A stretch of 64,000 nt of DNA from Clostridiales bacterium (GCA_004557245.1 SFEL01000011.1:6356-70355); one strand, 5' to 3'. Shown: positions 46,455 to 55,964, counted from the first letter of the stretch. Notes: generated by a model from the sequence alone, not told the origin. A program made the numbers and translations.

Positions 46455-47903
46455 ATGAAAGCTGACATCGGACTTATAGGCCTTGCGGTGATGGGCGAAA
46501 ACCTTGTGATGAACATGGAATCCAAGGGATTTACAGTAGCTGTATTCAACAGAACCATTTCCAAGGTGACGAGTTTTATCGAGGGCAGGGCAAAGGGCAA
46601 AAACATAATCGGTACATACTCATTAAAGGAACTGGCAGAGTCACTTGAAAAGCCCAGAAGGATAATGATGATGGTAAAAGCGGGGGAAGCAGTCGACGAG
46701 CTTATAAACAGTCTCATACCTTTCCTTGAGCCGGGAGATATACTCATAGACGGCGGAAACAGCCACTTTTCGGATACCGTGCGCCGGACGAAATACCTTG
46801 AGGAGAAGGGATTTCTGTATATCGGCGTAGGCGTTTCCGGCGGCGAGGAGGGGGCGCTGAAAGGACCAAGCATGATGCCGGGCGGCAGCCCCGCCGCGTG
46901 GCCACATGTGAAAGAAATATTCCAGGCTATATGTGCCAAAGTGGAGGACGGATCACCCTGCTGCGACTGGGTAGGGGAAAACGGCGCGGGCCACTTTGTA
47001 AAGATGGTGCATAACGGAATAGAATACGGCGACATGCAGCTAATTTGCGAGGCGTATCAGTTCATGCGGGATGGCCTATTCATGACGGACGATGAAATGC
47101 AGGCGGTGTTCAAGGATTGGAACAAGACCGAGCTGGACAGCTATCTCATAGAGATAACAGGCGATATACTTGGCTACAAGGATATGGACGGATCGCCAAT
47201 AGTTGAAAAGATACTGGACACAGCTGGCCAGAAGGGAACCGGCAAGTGGACCGGCATAGCGGCCCTTGACGAAGGAGTGCCCCTTACTCTCATAGGCGAG
47301 GCGGTGTTCGCCCGTTGCCTTTCCGCAATGAAGGCGGAGCGGATAGAGGCCGCAAAGAAATTCCCCAAGGGCGATACTCATATAGCGGGCGACAGGGCGG
47401 AGCTGACAGAGGCTTTGCGTAAGGCGCTGTACGCCTCGAAAATAATATCCTACGCACAGGGCTATACCCTTATGGCCTCCGCCGCAAAGGCATACGGCTG
47501 GAAGCTAAACTACGGTGGAATAGCACTTATGTGGCGCGGCGGCTGCATAATACGCAGCGTATTTTTAGGCAAAATAAAGGAAGCCTACGACAAAAACCCC
47601 GGCCTTGATAATCTGCTGCTGGATGGCTACTTCGGTGCGACCGTAAAGAGCCTCGTGCCGGCATGGCGCAATATAGTGGCAGAGGCGGCGCTCCACGGCA
47701 TACCAATGCCCGCATTCTCGTCTGCCCTTGCCTACTTTGACGGCTATACAACAGAGCGGCTGCCCGCCAATCTTTTGCAGGCGCAGCGGGATTACTTCGG
47801 AGCGCACACATATGAGCGGATCGATGCTCCGAGGGGCCAGTTTTTCCATACAAACTGGACTGGTCACGGCGGCAACACTTCTGCCTCTACATATAACGCA
47901 TAG
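46455..47903 (+). CDS. gnd: 6-phosphogluconate dehydrogenase (decarboxylating)
   Basis: 482-aa ORF with IGLIGLAVMGENL and the GNGIEYGDMQLI-type motif HNGIEYGDMQLI. Confidence 0.9.
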   Translation: MKADIGLIGLAVMGENLVMNMESKGFTVAVFNRTISKVTSFIEGRAKGKNIIGTYSLKELAESLEKPRRIMMMVKAGEAVDELINSLIPFLEPGDILIDGGNSHFSDTVRRTKYLEEKGFLYIGVGVSGGEEGALKGPSMMPGGSPAAWPHVKEIFQAICAKVEDGSPCCDWVGENGAGHFVKMVHNGIEYGDMQLICEAYQFMRDGLFMTDDEMQAVFKDWNKTELDSYLIEITGDILGYKDMDGSPIVEKILDTAGQKGTGKWTGIAALDEGVPLTLIGEAVFARCLSAMKAERIEAAKKFPKGDTHIAGDRAELTEALRKALYASKIISYAQGYTLMASAAKAYGWKLNYGGIALMWRGGCIIRSVFLGKIKEAYDKNPGLDNLLLDGYFGATVKSLVPAWRNIVAEAALHGIPMPAFSSALAYFDGYTTERLPANLLQAQRDYFGAHTYERIDAPRGQFFHTNWTGHGGNTSASTYNA

Positions 47904-47911
47904 GTGAACTC

Positions 47912-49186
47912 ATGGAGCTGTGCTACAGGGCGAAAACCGAAAAAGGCCTGAGCGGGCAGGAAATACTTTCCGGAGTGCTGGCCTCCATAGAGGGGGAAAA
48001 ACCAAAACGAGCGCTATTGCTGCCTCCGGACTTTACCCGCTATCACTCCAATGCCGGGCTTATAACCAACATGTATTACCACGTACTGACGGACAGGGGC
48101 TGCAATGTGGACATAATGCCAGCCCTCGGATCACATGTGCCGGTGACGCGGGAGCAGGCGGACAAGATGTTCGGGGATATACCCTTTGAAAAATTTATTG
48201 CCCATTCTTGGCGAAATGACGTTGTACAGATAGGCCGGGTGCCGGGAGAACTTATATCCGAGTGGACGGGGGGACTCTGGACGGAGCCGGTGACTGCAGA
48301 GATAAACAGACGGGTAATGGAAGACTGCTACGACCTTATAATATCCGTAGGGCAGGTTGTACCCCATGAAGTCATAGGCATGTCGAACCACGCAAAAAAT
48401 CTTTTCGTGGGCGTGGGCGGCAGCGATATGATAAATAAATCCCATATGATAGGGGCGGTATACGGCATGGAGCGCATGATGGGCCGGGATCATACCCCGG
48501 TTCGCAGGCTGTTCGACTACTGCCTCGAAAATTTTATAAAGGACAGGCACATAATATTCGCCCTAACCGTAACTACGGCGCCGGGAGGCCATATATGCAC
48601 CCATGGCCTTTTCATAGGGGATACCCGCAAGGTGCTTGAGGAAGCGATAGCTTTATCCCAGAAAAAGAACATAGACTTTGTGGAGACGGGCATCAGGAAG
48701 TGCGTGGTGTACCTGAACCCTTCGGAGTTTCGCTCTACATGGTTGGGCAACAAGGCCATATACCGCACCCGTATGGCCATAGCCGACGGCGGCGAGCTGA
48801 TAGTGCTGGCTCCAGGCGTCGAGCGTTTCGGCGAGGACGCAGAGATGGACAGGCTGATACGCAGATACGGCTACAGAGGGCGGCTGAAGGTGCTGGAAAG
48901 CTTTAAGGAAAGCACGGAACTGAGACAAAACATGGGCGCCGCGGCCCATCTCATACACGGCTCGTCTGATGGGCGATTCAGGATAACCTATGCCGTAAAG
49001 AGCATAACGCAGGACGAGATGCGAAGCGTTGGCTTTGATGCGGTGTCATACAGTGAAGCGGTAAAGAAATACGACCCGCAAAGGCTGAGCTATGGCTACA
49101 ATTCCATGGAGGACGGCGAGGAAATATACTTCATACCCAACCCGGCGCTGGGGCTCTGGATAGACAGGGAAAGGTTCAAAAACTGA
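47912..49186 (+). CDS. LarA-like (lactate racemase N-terminal domain, DUF2088) protein; candidate nickel-pincer 2-hydroxyacid racemase/epimerase
   Basis: 424-aa ORF. Segments PPDFTRYHS, ALGSHVP, VPHEVIGMSNHAKN and NKSHM align by eye with LarA SSDHTRPVP, ATGFHRP, ESHFFAGFSGGRKS and ANHSG. Confidence 0.6.
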   Translation: MELCYRAKTEKGLSGQEILSGVLASIEGEKPKRALLLPPDFTRYHSNAGLITNMYYHVLTDRGCNVDIMPALGSHVPVTREQADKMFGDIPFEKFIAHSWRNDVVQIGRVPGELISEWTGGLWTEPVTAEINRRVMEDCYDLIISVGQVVPHEVIGMSNHAKNLFVGVGGSDMINKSHMIGAVYGMERMMGRDHTPVRRLFDYCLENFIKDRHIIFALTVTTAPGGHICTHGLFIGDTRKVLEEAIALSQKKNIDFVETGIRKCVVYLNPSEFRSTWLGNKAIYRTRMAIADGGELIVLAPGVERFGEDAEMDRLIRRYGYRGRLKVLESFKESTELRQNMGAAAHLIHGSSDGRFRITYAVKSITQDEMRSVGFDAVSYSEAVKKYDPQRLSYGYNSMEDGEEIYFIPNPALGLWIDRERFKN

Positions 49187-49309
49187 TACAGACTTTAAGG
49201 CAGCGTAAAACGTGAAGTTTTGCGCTGTTTTTGTTTGCAGCATCCTTGTATGATGCTGGCAAATAATGATATACTAAAATGAACATTTATATTTTTTGAG
49301 GAAAATACC

Positions 49310-50002
49310 ATGGAACCAATAACCTTCAGCGAAAGATCACTTTCGGAATACACTGCAAAGCAACTGATAGATTTTATCATTACCCAGAAGCTTCAACCTG
49401 GTGATCGGCTTCCCAATGAGACTGAGTTAGGCAAGGCTCTCGGCGTGGGCCGAAGCACGGTGCGTGAGGCGGCGAAGATACTTATATCCCGCAATATAAT
49501 ACGAATTGAGCGGGGAAAGGGGACATTCGTATCTCAGAACCCCGGTGTTCCTGATGACCCGCTGGGCTTTCAGTTTGTGCAGAACAAGTCTCAGCTCATA
49601 CTGGAACTATTGCAGCTACGCTCCATAATAGAGCCTTCCCTTGCAGAGCTTGCGGCCCAGAATGCCACCGAGGAGGAGATAGAGCGGCTGCGCTTTTTCG
49701 AGGGCAAGCTGGAGGAGGCATACAAAAAACACATGGATCACAGCGAATTCGATGTGAGTTTCCATACCAATGTGGCAAAGTGCTCGCACAACAGCGTAGT
49801 TGACCTGATATATCCGGTACTGATAAAGACGGTTCCCATGACGGTGGAATACACTCAGGGTGTGCTGGTGCCAGAGACCATAGATGACCATGTGGCGATA
49901 ATAGACGCCATAGCCCGGCATGACGGCGACACTGCCCGCTCTGTGATGGATACACACATAAAGCGCAATATTCAATTTATAAAGACTGCGAATATAGAAT
50001 GA
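49310..50002 (+). CDS. GntR family (FadR/FCD subfamily) transcriptional regulator
   Basis: 230-aa ORF with LPNETELGKALGVGRSTVREA and a C-terminal helical FCD-like domain. Confidence 0.85.
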   Translation: MEPITFSERSLSEYTAKQLIDFIITQKLQPGDRLPNETELGKALGVGRSTVREAAKILISRNIIRIERGKGTFVSQNPGVPDDPLGFQFVQNKSQLILELLQLRSIIEPSLAELAAQNATEEEIERLRFFEGKLEEAYKKHMDHSEFDVSFHTNVAKCSHNSVVDLIYPVLIKTVPMTVEYTQGVLVPETIDDHVAIIDAIARHDGDTARSVMDTHIKRNIQFIKTANIE

Positions 50003-50006
50003 CCAA

Positions 50007-50039
50007 ATCAAAACCACCATTTTAACCGGTGGTTTTGAT
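50007..50039. terminator. bidirectional terminator hairpin
   Basis: ATCAAAACCACC / GGTGGTTTTGAT stem (12 bp) with a 9-nt loop. Confidence 0.7.
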
Positions 50040-50048
50040 TATGCGGTA

Positions 50049-50834
50049 TCAACGATATATCTTGCCCACCAGCCAGTTTACGGTGGTGGCTGGCAGCAGC
50101 TTGTTGATAAGGGTAAAAAGCTTATATTGTGCTCCTACGGTGTACAGCGCCCAGCATTTCTTGGCGTTTGCCGCCTTGAGTATGACTTTTGCCACGGCTT
50201 CCGGAGCCATGCCGTTCTGCTCATCATGCTCCATCACGGCCACAGCGTGGTCGAGGGATTTATATATATGGCTTCCAGCGTGAGATTTTTTCCTTGCTGC
50301 GGTGAAGCCTGTGCGAATGTCCCCGGGCTGCACAGCGCAGACCTGTATGCCGAAGGGACGGACTTCATTGCGAAGGGCAAGTGTCAGGGAGTTTATAGCT
50401 GCCTTAGCCGCGGAATAGAAGGACTGGTAGGGTATAGCTATGGGCGCGGCCACGGAGCTGAGGTTGATGATGCGGCCGCTGGCCTGGGCGCGCATCTGCG
50501 GCAGCACCGCCTGTATACAGTTGAATACGCCGTAGAAGTTCACCTCGAGCTGGGCGTGGGCATCGGAAGAGTCGGTAAATTCCACAGGCCCTGATATGCC
50601 GAATCCGGCGTTGTTTACAAGAAGGTCTATGCGGCCTTCTTTTTCTATTACCTTTGCTGCTGCGGCGGCGATGCTGGCGGGGTCTGTCACGTTCGCTGTT
50701 ATGTGGGCGATGTCGCTGTAATCCTCGCCTCTGCGGCTGAACTCGTACACGGTATAGCCGTTTTCATAGAGCATGAGGGCGGCTGCTTTGCCTATGCCGC
50801 TGCTTCCACCTGTCACTATAGCTATCTTTTTCAT
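50049..50834 (-). CDS. SDR family oxidoreductase (candidate 3-keto-amino-lipid reductase)
   Basis: 261-aa ORF with TGGSSGIGKAAA, YSAAK and a hydrophobic C-terminal helix. The start overlaps the stop of the oxoamine synthase gene. Confidence 0.75.
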   Translation of the reverse strand: MKKIAIVTGGSSGIGKAAALMLYENGYTVYEFSRRGEDYSDIAHITANVTDPASIAAAAAKVIEKEGRIDLLVNNAGFGISGPVEFTDSSDAHAQLEVNFYGVFNCIQAVLPQMRAQASGRIINLSSVAAPIAIPYQSFYSAAKAAINSLTLALRNEVRPFGIQVCAVQPGDIRTGFTAARKKSHAGSHIYKSLDHAVAVMEHDEQNGMAPEAVAKVILKAANAKKCWALYTVGAQYKLFTLINKLLPATTVNWLVGKIYR

Positions 50835-52006
50835 TTACTGCCCTCCAGTACGTTGCCGAGTATGTCCATTGCCTCGTCAAGTATTGAGTCGGTATGTGTG
50901 GCCATGTAGCTGGTGCGCAGCAGGCACTCGGTCATGGGGGTTGCCGGTGGCAGCACGGGATTGACGTATACGCCGCCGTCGTATGCACGCTTTGCCATTA
51001 TCAGCGTATTTTCAGGGTCATGGGTATATATGGGTATTATGGGTACGCTGGTGAGCTTGTGGGGTATGGCTCGCTCAGTCAGCCCCTTCTGGACGTAATT
51101 CGATATATCCTTTAGCCGTTGTACCCGCCATGGCTCCTTTTTCAGCACCCTTAATGACGCTAAGGCGCAGGCGCAGCTTGCGGGTGGTATGCTGGCTGCG
51201 AATATAAAAGGCCGGGAGTTATGGCGAACGTGATCGGCTATGAATTTTGACGATGCCATATACCCGCCGAGGCTTGCAAGAGACTTGCTGAACGTACCCA
51301 TGTATACGTCTATCTCGTCCTCGAGGCCGTAATAACTTGGGGTGCCTCTGCCGCCTTCGCCCAGCACCCCTAAGCCGTGGGCGTCATCTACCATTATACG
51401 CGCCCTGTACTGCCTGGCAAGGCGGACTATCTCCGGCAGATTGGCAATATCGCCGCCCATGCTGAATACGCCGTCCGTTACTATGAGGCAGCCTGCGGTG
51501 TCCGGTATCTCCTTCAGCTTCTTTTCAAGGTCAGCCATGTCCCCATGGCGGTAGCGCAGCATGGTCGCCTGGGATAGGCGGCAGCCGTCGTATATGCTTG
51601 CGTGGTTCTCGCGGTCGCATAGAATATAGTCGTGGCGGCCTGCAAGGGCGCTGATAATGCCAAGATTGGACTGAAACCCGGAGGGGAATGTCACTACCGC
51701 CTCCTTATGCAGGAAGTCCGCAAGCTCCTCCTCTAATTCGAGGTGCATTTTTAACGTGCCGTTGAGAAACCGGGATCCGGAGCAGCCGGAGCCGTACTGA
51801 TCAAGCGCCTTTTTGCCGGCTTCAATGACCTCGGGGTTATTGGTAAGGCCGAGGTAGTTGTTGGAGCCAAGCATTATGCGCCGCTTGCCTTCCATTACGA
51901 CCTGGATATCCTGACGCGTTTCAAGCGCATGAAAATAGGGGTATATGCCCTTTTCCATGGCCTCGGCGGCCAATTCGTTGGGCTTGAGCTTTTCGAATAA
52001 GTCCAT
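50831..52006 (-). CDS. alpha-oxoamine synthase, serine palmitoyltransferase-like
   Basis: 391-aa ORF after AGGAGG. GSGCSGSRFLNGT, SNLGIISALAG, HASIYDGC, PLP-lysine GTFSKS and LPPATP resemble SPT more than KBL or BioF by eye. Confidence 0.7.
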   Translation of the reverse strand: MDLFEKLKPNELAAEAMEKGIYPYFHALETRQDIQVVMEGKRRIMLGSNNYLGLTNNPEVIEAGKKALDQYGSGCSGSRFLNGTLKMHLELEEELADFLHKEAVVTFPSGFQSNLGIISALAGRHDYILCDRENHASIYDGCRLSQATMLRYRHGDMADLEKKLKEIPDTAGCLIVTDGVFSMGGDIANLPEIVRLARQYRARIMVDDAHGLGVLGEGGRGTPSYYGLEDEIDVYMGTFSKSLASLGGYMASSKFIADHVRHNSRPFIFAASIPPASCACALASLRVLKKEPWRVQRLKDISNYVQKGLTERAIPHKLTSVPIIPIYTHDPENTLIMAKRAYDGGVYVNPVLPPATPMTECLLRTSYMATHTDSILDEAMDILGNVLEGSK

Positions 52007-52031
52007 TGTGCCTCCTAATTGAGTATAAAAA

Positions 52032-52078
52032 ATGATTAAAATAATTGAATGAATTAATTATTAAAATATTTTAATCAT
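52032..52078. promoter_or_regulatory. perfect 12-bp inverted repeat in the divergent promoter region
   Basis: ATGATTAAAATA (52032-52043) and TATTTTAATCAT (52067-52078) are separated by 23 bp in a very A+T-rich spacer. Confidence 0.4.
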
Positions 52079-52226
52079 ATAGAGCGAAATAGTCAAGGCA
52101 TTATGTATATACATTGATAAAACTAAGAAAAAATTAACTTTTTGGGGAGATCATGACAGTTCAGATTGAATGCTTGCACGAAGTAATTAATTTTGCTATG
52201 CTTATCGTCAGAAAGGGGATTTGAAT

Positions 52227-52688
52227 ATGACTTTAGGAGACTTTTTTAAGGGTCTTATGGAGAATCGCCCCCTCGTTAGCGCGGTAACGGCGTGGGCGGC
52301 GGCACAGGTGCTCAAAACGATAATAAACTATCTGATAAATAAAGAATGGAAGGCGGAGCGTCTTTGGGGCAGCGGCGGAATGCCCAGCTCCCATTCGGCA
52401 ACGGTGTGCGCATTTCTGGTGGCTACAGCCTTTAACTATGGCCCGGCCTCCTTTGAATTTGCTATGGCGGCCCTGTTTGCAATAGTGGTGATACACGATG
52501 CCCGGGGGGTGCGCCTGGAGACCGGCCGACAGGCGGAGATACTGAATTCCATAACCCGCTTTCTGCGTTCCGGAAACAGCAAGATAGAGCTGCCGGAGGA
52601 GGAGCTCAAGGAGCTGGTGGGCCATACGCCTTTCCAGGTGGCAGTAGGCTCAGCCATAGGCATAATAGTGGGGCTTCTGATACATTAA
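52227..52688 (+). CDS. divergent PAP2 family protein (DUF212)
   Basis: GGMPSSHSA and HDARGVR motifs. ATG 52227 lies 8 nt after GAAAGGGGA. Confidence 0.75.
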   Translation: MTLGDFFKGLMENRPLVSAVTAWAAAQVLKTIINYLINKEWKAERLWGSGGMPSSHSATVCAFLVATAFNYGPASFEFAMAALFAIVVIHDARGVRLETGRQAEILNSITRFLRSGNSKIELPEEELKELVGHTPFQVAVGSAIGIIVGLLIH

Positions 52689-52718
52689 AACTGCGCGAAA
52701 TGTGCGACATGTACACAG

Positions 52719-52747
52719 GGAATACCGAAAGAGGTATTCCTTTTTTG
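52719..52747 (+). terminator. rho-independent terminator
   Basis: GGAATACC / GGTATTCC stem followed by TTTTTT. Confidence 0.75.
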
Positions 52748-52829
52748 ATTGAGAATTGCGGCGAGGAGGAGTGTAGTGTTAAGATATGCTCAGAACAAAC
52801 GTTCGGAACAAATACAACAGGAGGAAAAC

Positions 52830-53222
52830 ATGATACACAGGCAATTCGCGCAAAGGCGCAGGCTCATGGCGGGGGAAACAGTTAAGACGGTCACGCTGAC
52901 GCTTACAGGAAGTTTTGATAATTCCGGCCTGTTTGGTGAAAGGTATGTGGCTGTAGACGAGGAGATAATAACGGAACTGGGCACGTACAAGGCGAAGCAG
53001 GGCAGTACCATAATACTGCATACAAAGATAAGCCCCATCATGGGCGGAAACGAGAAGTACGGCATATTCGTAAACAACAAGTGCGTGAGGACTTCTGTAA
53101 ACTGCATAAATCACGGTCCGGACTACGAGTATACCGTCACATGCAACTGCACGATAAACGGTCAGGGAAAGGTACACGAAAGGGGCGGCTATGCCAGGAT
53201 AGACGTCACGACTGAAGAATAA
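52830..53222 (+). CDS. hypothetical protein (130 aa)
   Basis: ATG 52830 follows AGGAGGA. No recognisable motif. Confidence 0.5.
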   Translation: MIHRQFAQRRRLMAGETVKTVTLTLTGSFDNSGLFGERYVAVDEEIITELGTYKAKQGSTIILHTKISPIMGGNEKYGIFVNNKCVRTSVNCINHGPDYEYTVTCNCTINGQGKVHERGGYARIDVTTEE

Positions 53223-53321
53223 GCACATATTAACAAACGGTGAATAGCGGGCGGCAGGCGTTGACATATATAGAATGCCGATATAAGATATATATAGAAT
53301 TCCGATATATGGAGGAGGCAT

Positions 53322-53657
53322 ATGGACAAGACGCTTGTCACCCGCAGCACAGGCATGCTGCTGCTCAAACTTATTGAAAACCAAGACATGTACGGCTATC
53401 AAATGATAGAGGAGCTGGCGAGGAGGTCTGAAGATACCTTCGCATTAAAAGCCGGAACGCTTTATCCGCTGCTCCACGACCTTGAAAAGGCGGGGCTGAT
53501 AACCGCGTACGAAAGGACGGCGGATACCGGCAGGGTGCGGAAATACTACAGCATAACCAAGGCGGGCAGGGCGGAGCTTTCCGCCAAAACCGAGGAGTGG
53601 CGGCAGTTTTCCCATGCGGTGAATAAGGTATTGGGAGGTGCCGGCTATGCCTTCTGA
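53322..53657 (+). CDS. PadR family transcriptional regulator
   Basis: LLLKLIENQDMYGYQMIEEL...GTLYPLLHDLEKAGLI is typical PadR. Confidence 0.85.
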   Translation: MDKTLVTRSTGMLLLKLIENQDMYGYQMIEELARRSEDTFALKAGTLYPLLHDLEKAGLITAYERTADTGRVRKYYSITKAGRAELSAKTEEWRQFSHAVNKVLGGAGYAF

Positions 53658-53760
53658 CAGGGTAAATGAGTACCTTAAAAGCGTATGCGCCGAGGTGCAC
53701 TGGAGGCAGGCACATGACGCTGTGAAAAGTGAGCTTTCGGCCCATATATGGGAAAAATAA
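53647..53760 (+). pseudogene. 37-codon ORF overlapping the padR stop; possible remnant of the membrane partner gene usually found after padR
   Basis: MPSDRVNEYLKSVCAEVHWRQAHDAVKSELSAHIWEK, then a stop, followed directly by a terminator. Confidence 0.3.
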
Positions 53761-53790
53761 ATTAAGGGACTGCTGCTGCAGTCCCTTAAT
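53761..53790. terminator. bidirectional terminator
   Basis: ATTAAGGGACTGC / GCAGTCCCTTAAT, a 13-bp stem with a 4-nt loop. Confidence 0.75.
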
Positions 53791-53800
53791 TATTGCATTT

Positions 53801-55006
53801 TTATTCAGCAAAGCTTACAACGAGATCCACCAGTACGTCGGTTATCTGATCTAAGCTCTTTGCGGGTATCCATTCCCGTACGCTGTGGTAGTTGTAGCCG
53901 CCGGTGGGCAGATTGGGGCAGGGCAGCCCCTCCCATGATAGCCGTGCGCCGTCCGTGCCGCCGCGTATGGGCACCGTACGGGCGGGTATGCCGTTCTTTT
54001 CAAAGGCGGCTATGGCCTTATCGATGAGCTGCATATGGGGCTCTATCTTTTCCTTCATGTTGTAGTAGCTGTCTGTGACGGTTGCCACGGCGGTGCCTTC
54101 GCCGTAGCGACGGTTTATCTCGGAGGCGAGGGCGAGGAACAGCGCTTTGCGGGCCTCGAAGCTCTTGGCGTCGTGGTCGCGGATTAGGTAACGTAGGGTA
54201 GCTTCGGTAACGCTGCCCTGCATGTCGTGCAGATGGAAGAACCCCTGATAACCGCTGGTGTTCTCGGGTACTTCCGTTTTGGGCAGCATATCATGAAACT
54301 CTATGGCTACCGTTGCTGCGTTTACCATTACGTCTTTGGCGTCGCCGGGATGTACTCCTACGCCGTGAACAGTAAGTACGGCGGAAGCGGCGTTGAAGTT
54401 CTCGTATTCTATCTCCCCTATGGGGCCGCCGTCTACGGTATAGCCATAGTCGCAGCCCAAAGCCTTTACGTCTATGCCTTCGGCGCCACAACCAACTTCC
54501 TCATCGGTGGTGAATATGGCCTTTATTTCGCCGTGGGGCCTGCCGCTTGCGATAAGCTTATCGATGGCTGACATTATTTCGGCTACGCCAGCCTTGTCGT
54601 CGGCGCCAAGCAGCGTAGTGCCGTCGGTGACTATCAGCTCCTCGCCCACATGCTTGGAGAGGCCGGGGCAGAGGGCTTCGTTCATGACTACGCCTGATTC
54701 GAGGGCGAATTCGCCCTCCGGGCAGGTGATCACCGCAGGCCGGACGTTTTCACCGGGGGCGTCGGGGGCGGTGTCCACATGGGCTATGAGCGCGATGGAG
54801 GGAGCTCCCTTAACGTTGGCGGGCAGCGTGCCGTATACGTTGCTGCAAGCGTCAAAGCATATGTCCTCAAGGCCAAGCTCCTCCATCTCGCGAGCAAGCT
54901 CACGGATAAGATCCTTCTGCCGCTCAGTAGAGGGAGAGGTCTCGGAAAACTCATCGGACGTGGTATAGTATTTTACATAACGAAGAAAACGTTCCCTTGG
55001 GTTCAT
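53801..55006 (-). CDS. pepT: peptidase T (tripeptide aminopeptidase)
   Basis: 401-aa ORF with an ERFLRYVKYYTTSDE N-terminus and an M20B-type pattern. Confidence 0.85.
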   Translation of the reverse strand: MNPRERFLRYVKYYTTSDEFSETSPSTERQKDLIRELAREMEELGLEDICFDACSNVYGTLPANVKGAPSIALIAHVDTAPDAPGENVRPAVITCPEGEFALESGVVMNEALCPGLSKHVGEELIVTDGTTLLGADDKAGVAEIMSAIDKLIASGRPHGEIKAIFTTDEEVGCGAEGIDVKALGCDYGYTVDGGPIGEIEYENFNAASAVLTVHGVGVHPGDAKDVMVNAATVAIEFHDMLPKTEVPENTSGYQGFFHLHDMQGSVTEATLRYLIRDHDAKSFEARKALFLALASEINRRYGEGTAVATVTDSYYNMKEKIEPHMQLIDKAIAAFEKNGIPARTVPIRGGTDGARLSWEGLPCPNLPTGGYNYHSVREWIPAKSLDQITDVLVDLVVSFAE

Positions 55007-55135
55007 AACATCCTCCGAAACAGTTATTTTGCTTAATCAAAGGTTAGCGCATTTGCAGATCAAAGTCAACCTTTTGCCATATCGCCCAACTGATGGTATC
55101 ATAATAACTGTAATGATTTTACGGAGGGTATTTCT

Positions 55136-55849
55136 GTGCGGGTACTTGATATTGATCTGGACTTTTTTCTCGCGGGCTGCTGTCCCCTGGCCGATAAGGG
55201 CAGGCGGCCGGAGCTTTTTGGCCACGAGCCGTGGGAAAGCGGGCGAGTGCGGCGCTTTCTTGAGGGCAATTGCGGATTGAGTAAGGACAGGCCTATACCC
55301 GGCAGGATATTTGAAACCCATGATTCTGCGCTGGAGCTGTGGCGGGATATGCTGGAAGCAAAGCGGCTTACAGTCCCCTTTGATGTGACGCACATCGACG
55401 CACACAGCGACCTTGGCATAGGCTATCCCGGACCGGGGTATGTGCTCAACGGCGTGCTGCCTATAAGATACGACAAACGGGCAGATGCAGAAAAGTACAG
55501 AAGGCTCAACGAGCTGGACGAGGCGAATTATCTGCTTTTCGCTCTGGCCTTCAGGTGGATATCCTCTTTGGAAAACGTGCGTAATCCAAGCTCCCTACCC
55601 GATATACCAAAGGAAATACTCGTGCCGGGCAAGGCGGACGCAATACAGCTGAGCTCTTTTACTGCTGCCCTTTCTCTGGGCATAAACGGCAAAGAACCGG
55701 TGATACCATTTAATGTATATGAGGATTATAATGGGTTTAAGGCAGAGGAGAAGTATGATTTTATGTCCGTAGCCATATCCCCAAGATACTCCCCAAAGGA
55801 GGCGGACGTGCTTCTGCCGGTGTTTGAGGAATATATGACGCTGGTATAA
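55136..55849 (+). CDS. UPF0489 family protein
   Basis: GTG start 7 nt after GGAGGG. N-terminal RVLDIDLDFFL is as I recall it for the UPF0489 family. Confidence 0.5.
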   Translation: MRVLDIDLDFFLAGCCPLADKGRRPELFGHEPWESGRVRRFLEGNCGLSKDRPIPGRIFETHDSALELWRDMLEAKRLTVPFDVTHIDAHSDLGIGYPGPGYVLNGVLPIRYDKRADAEKYRRLNELDEANYLLFALAFRWISSLENVRNPSSLPDIPKEILVPGKADAIQLSSFTAALSLGINGKEPVIPFNVYEDYNGFKAEEKYDFMSVAISPRYSPKEADVLLPVFEEYMTLV

Positions 55850-55902
55850 TTAGAGACGGATATTGTATAATAATAAATAATATATTATTTTTGAAAAAGG
55901 TA

Positions 55903-55931
55903 TTGACAGCCTGAAAAACCCGGAGTAGAAT
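55903..55931 (+). promoter_or_regulatory. sigma-A promoter of the second COG2984 ABC operon
   Basis: TTGACA (55903-55908), 17-nt spacer, TAGAAT (55926-55931). Confidence 0.65.
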
Positions 55932-55964
55932 ATACCCAACATTTGAGAAAGGACGCGTAAGAAG

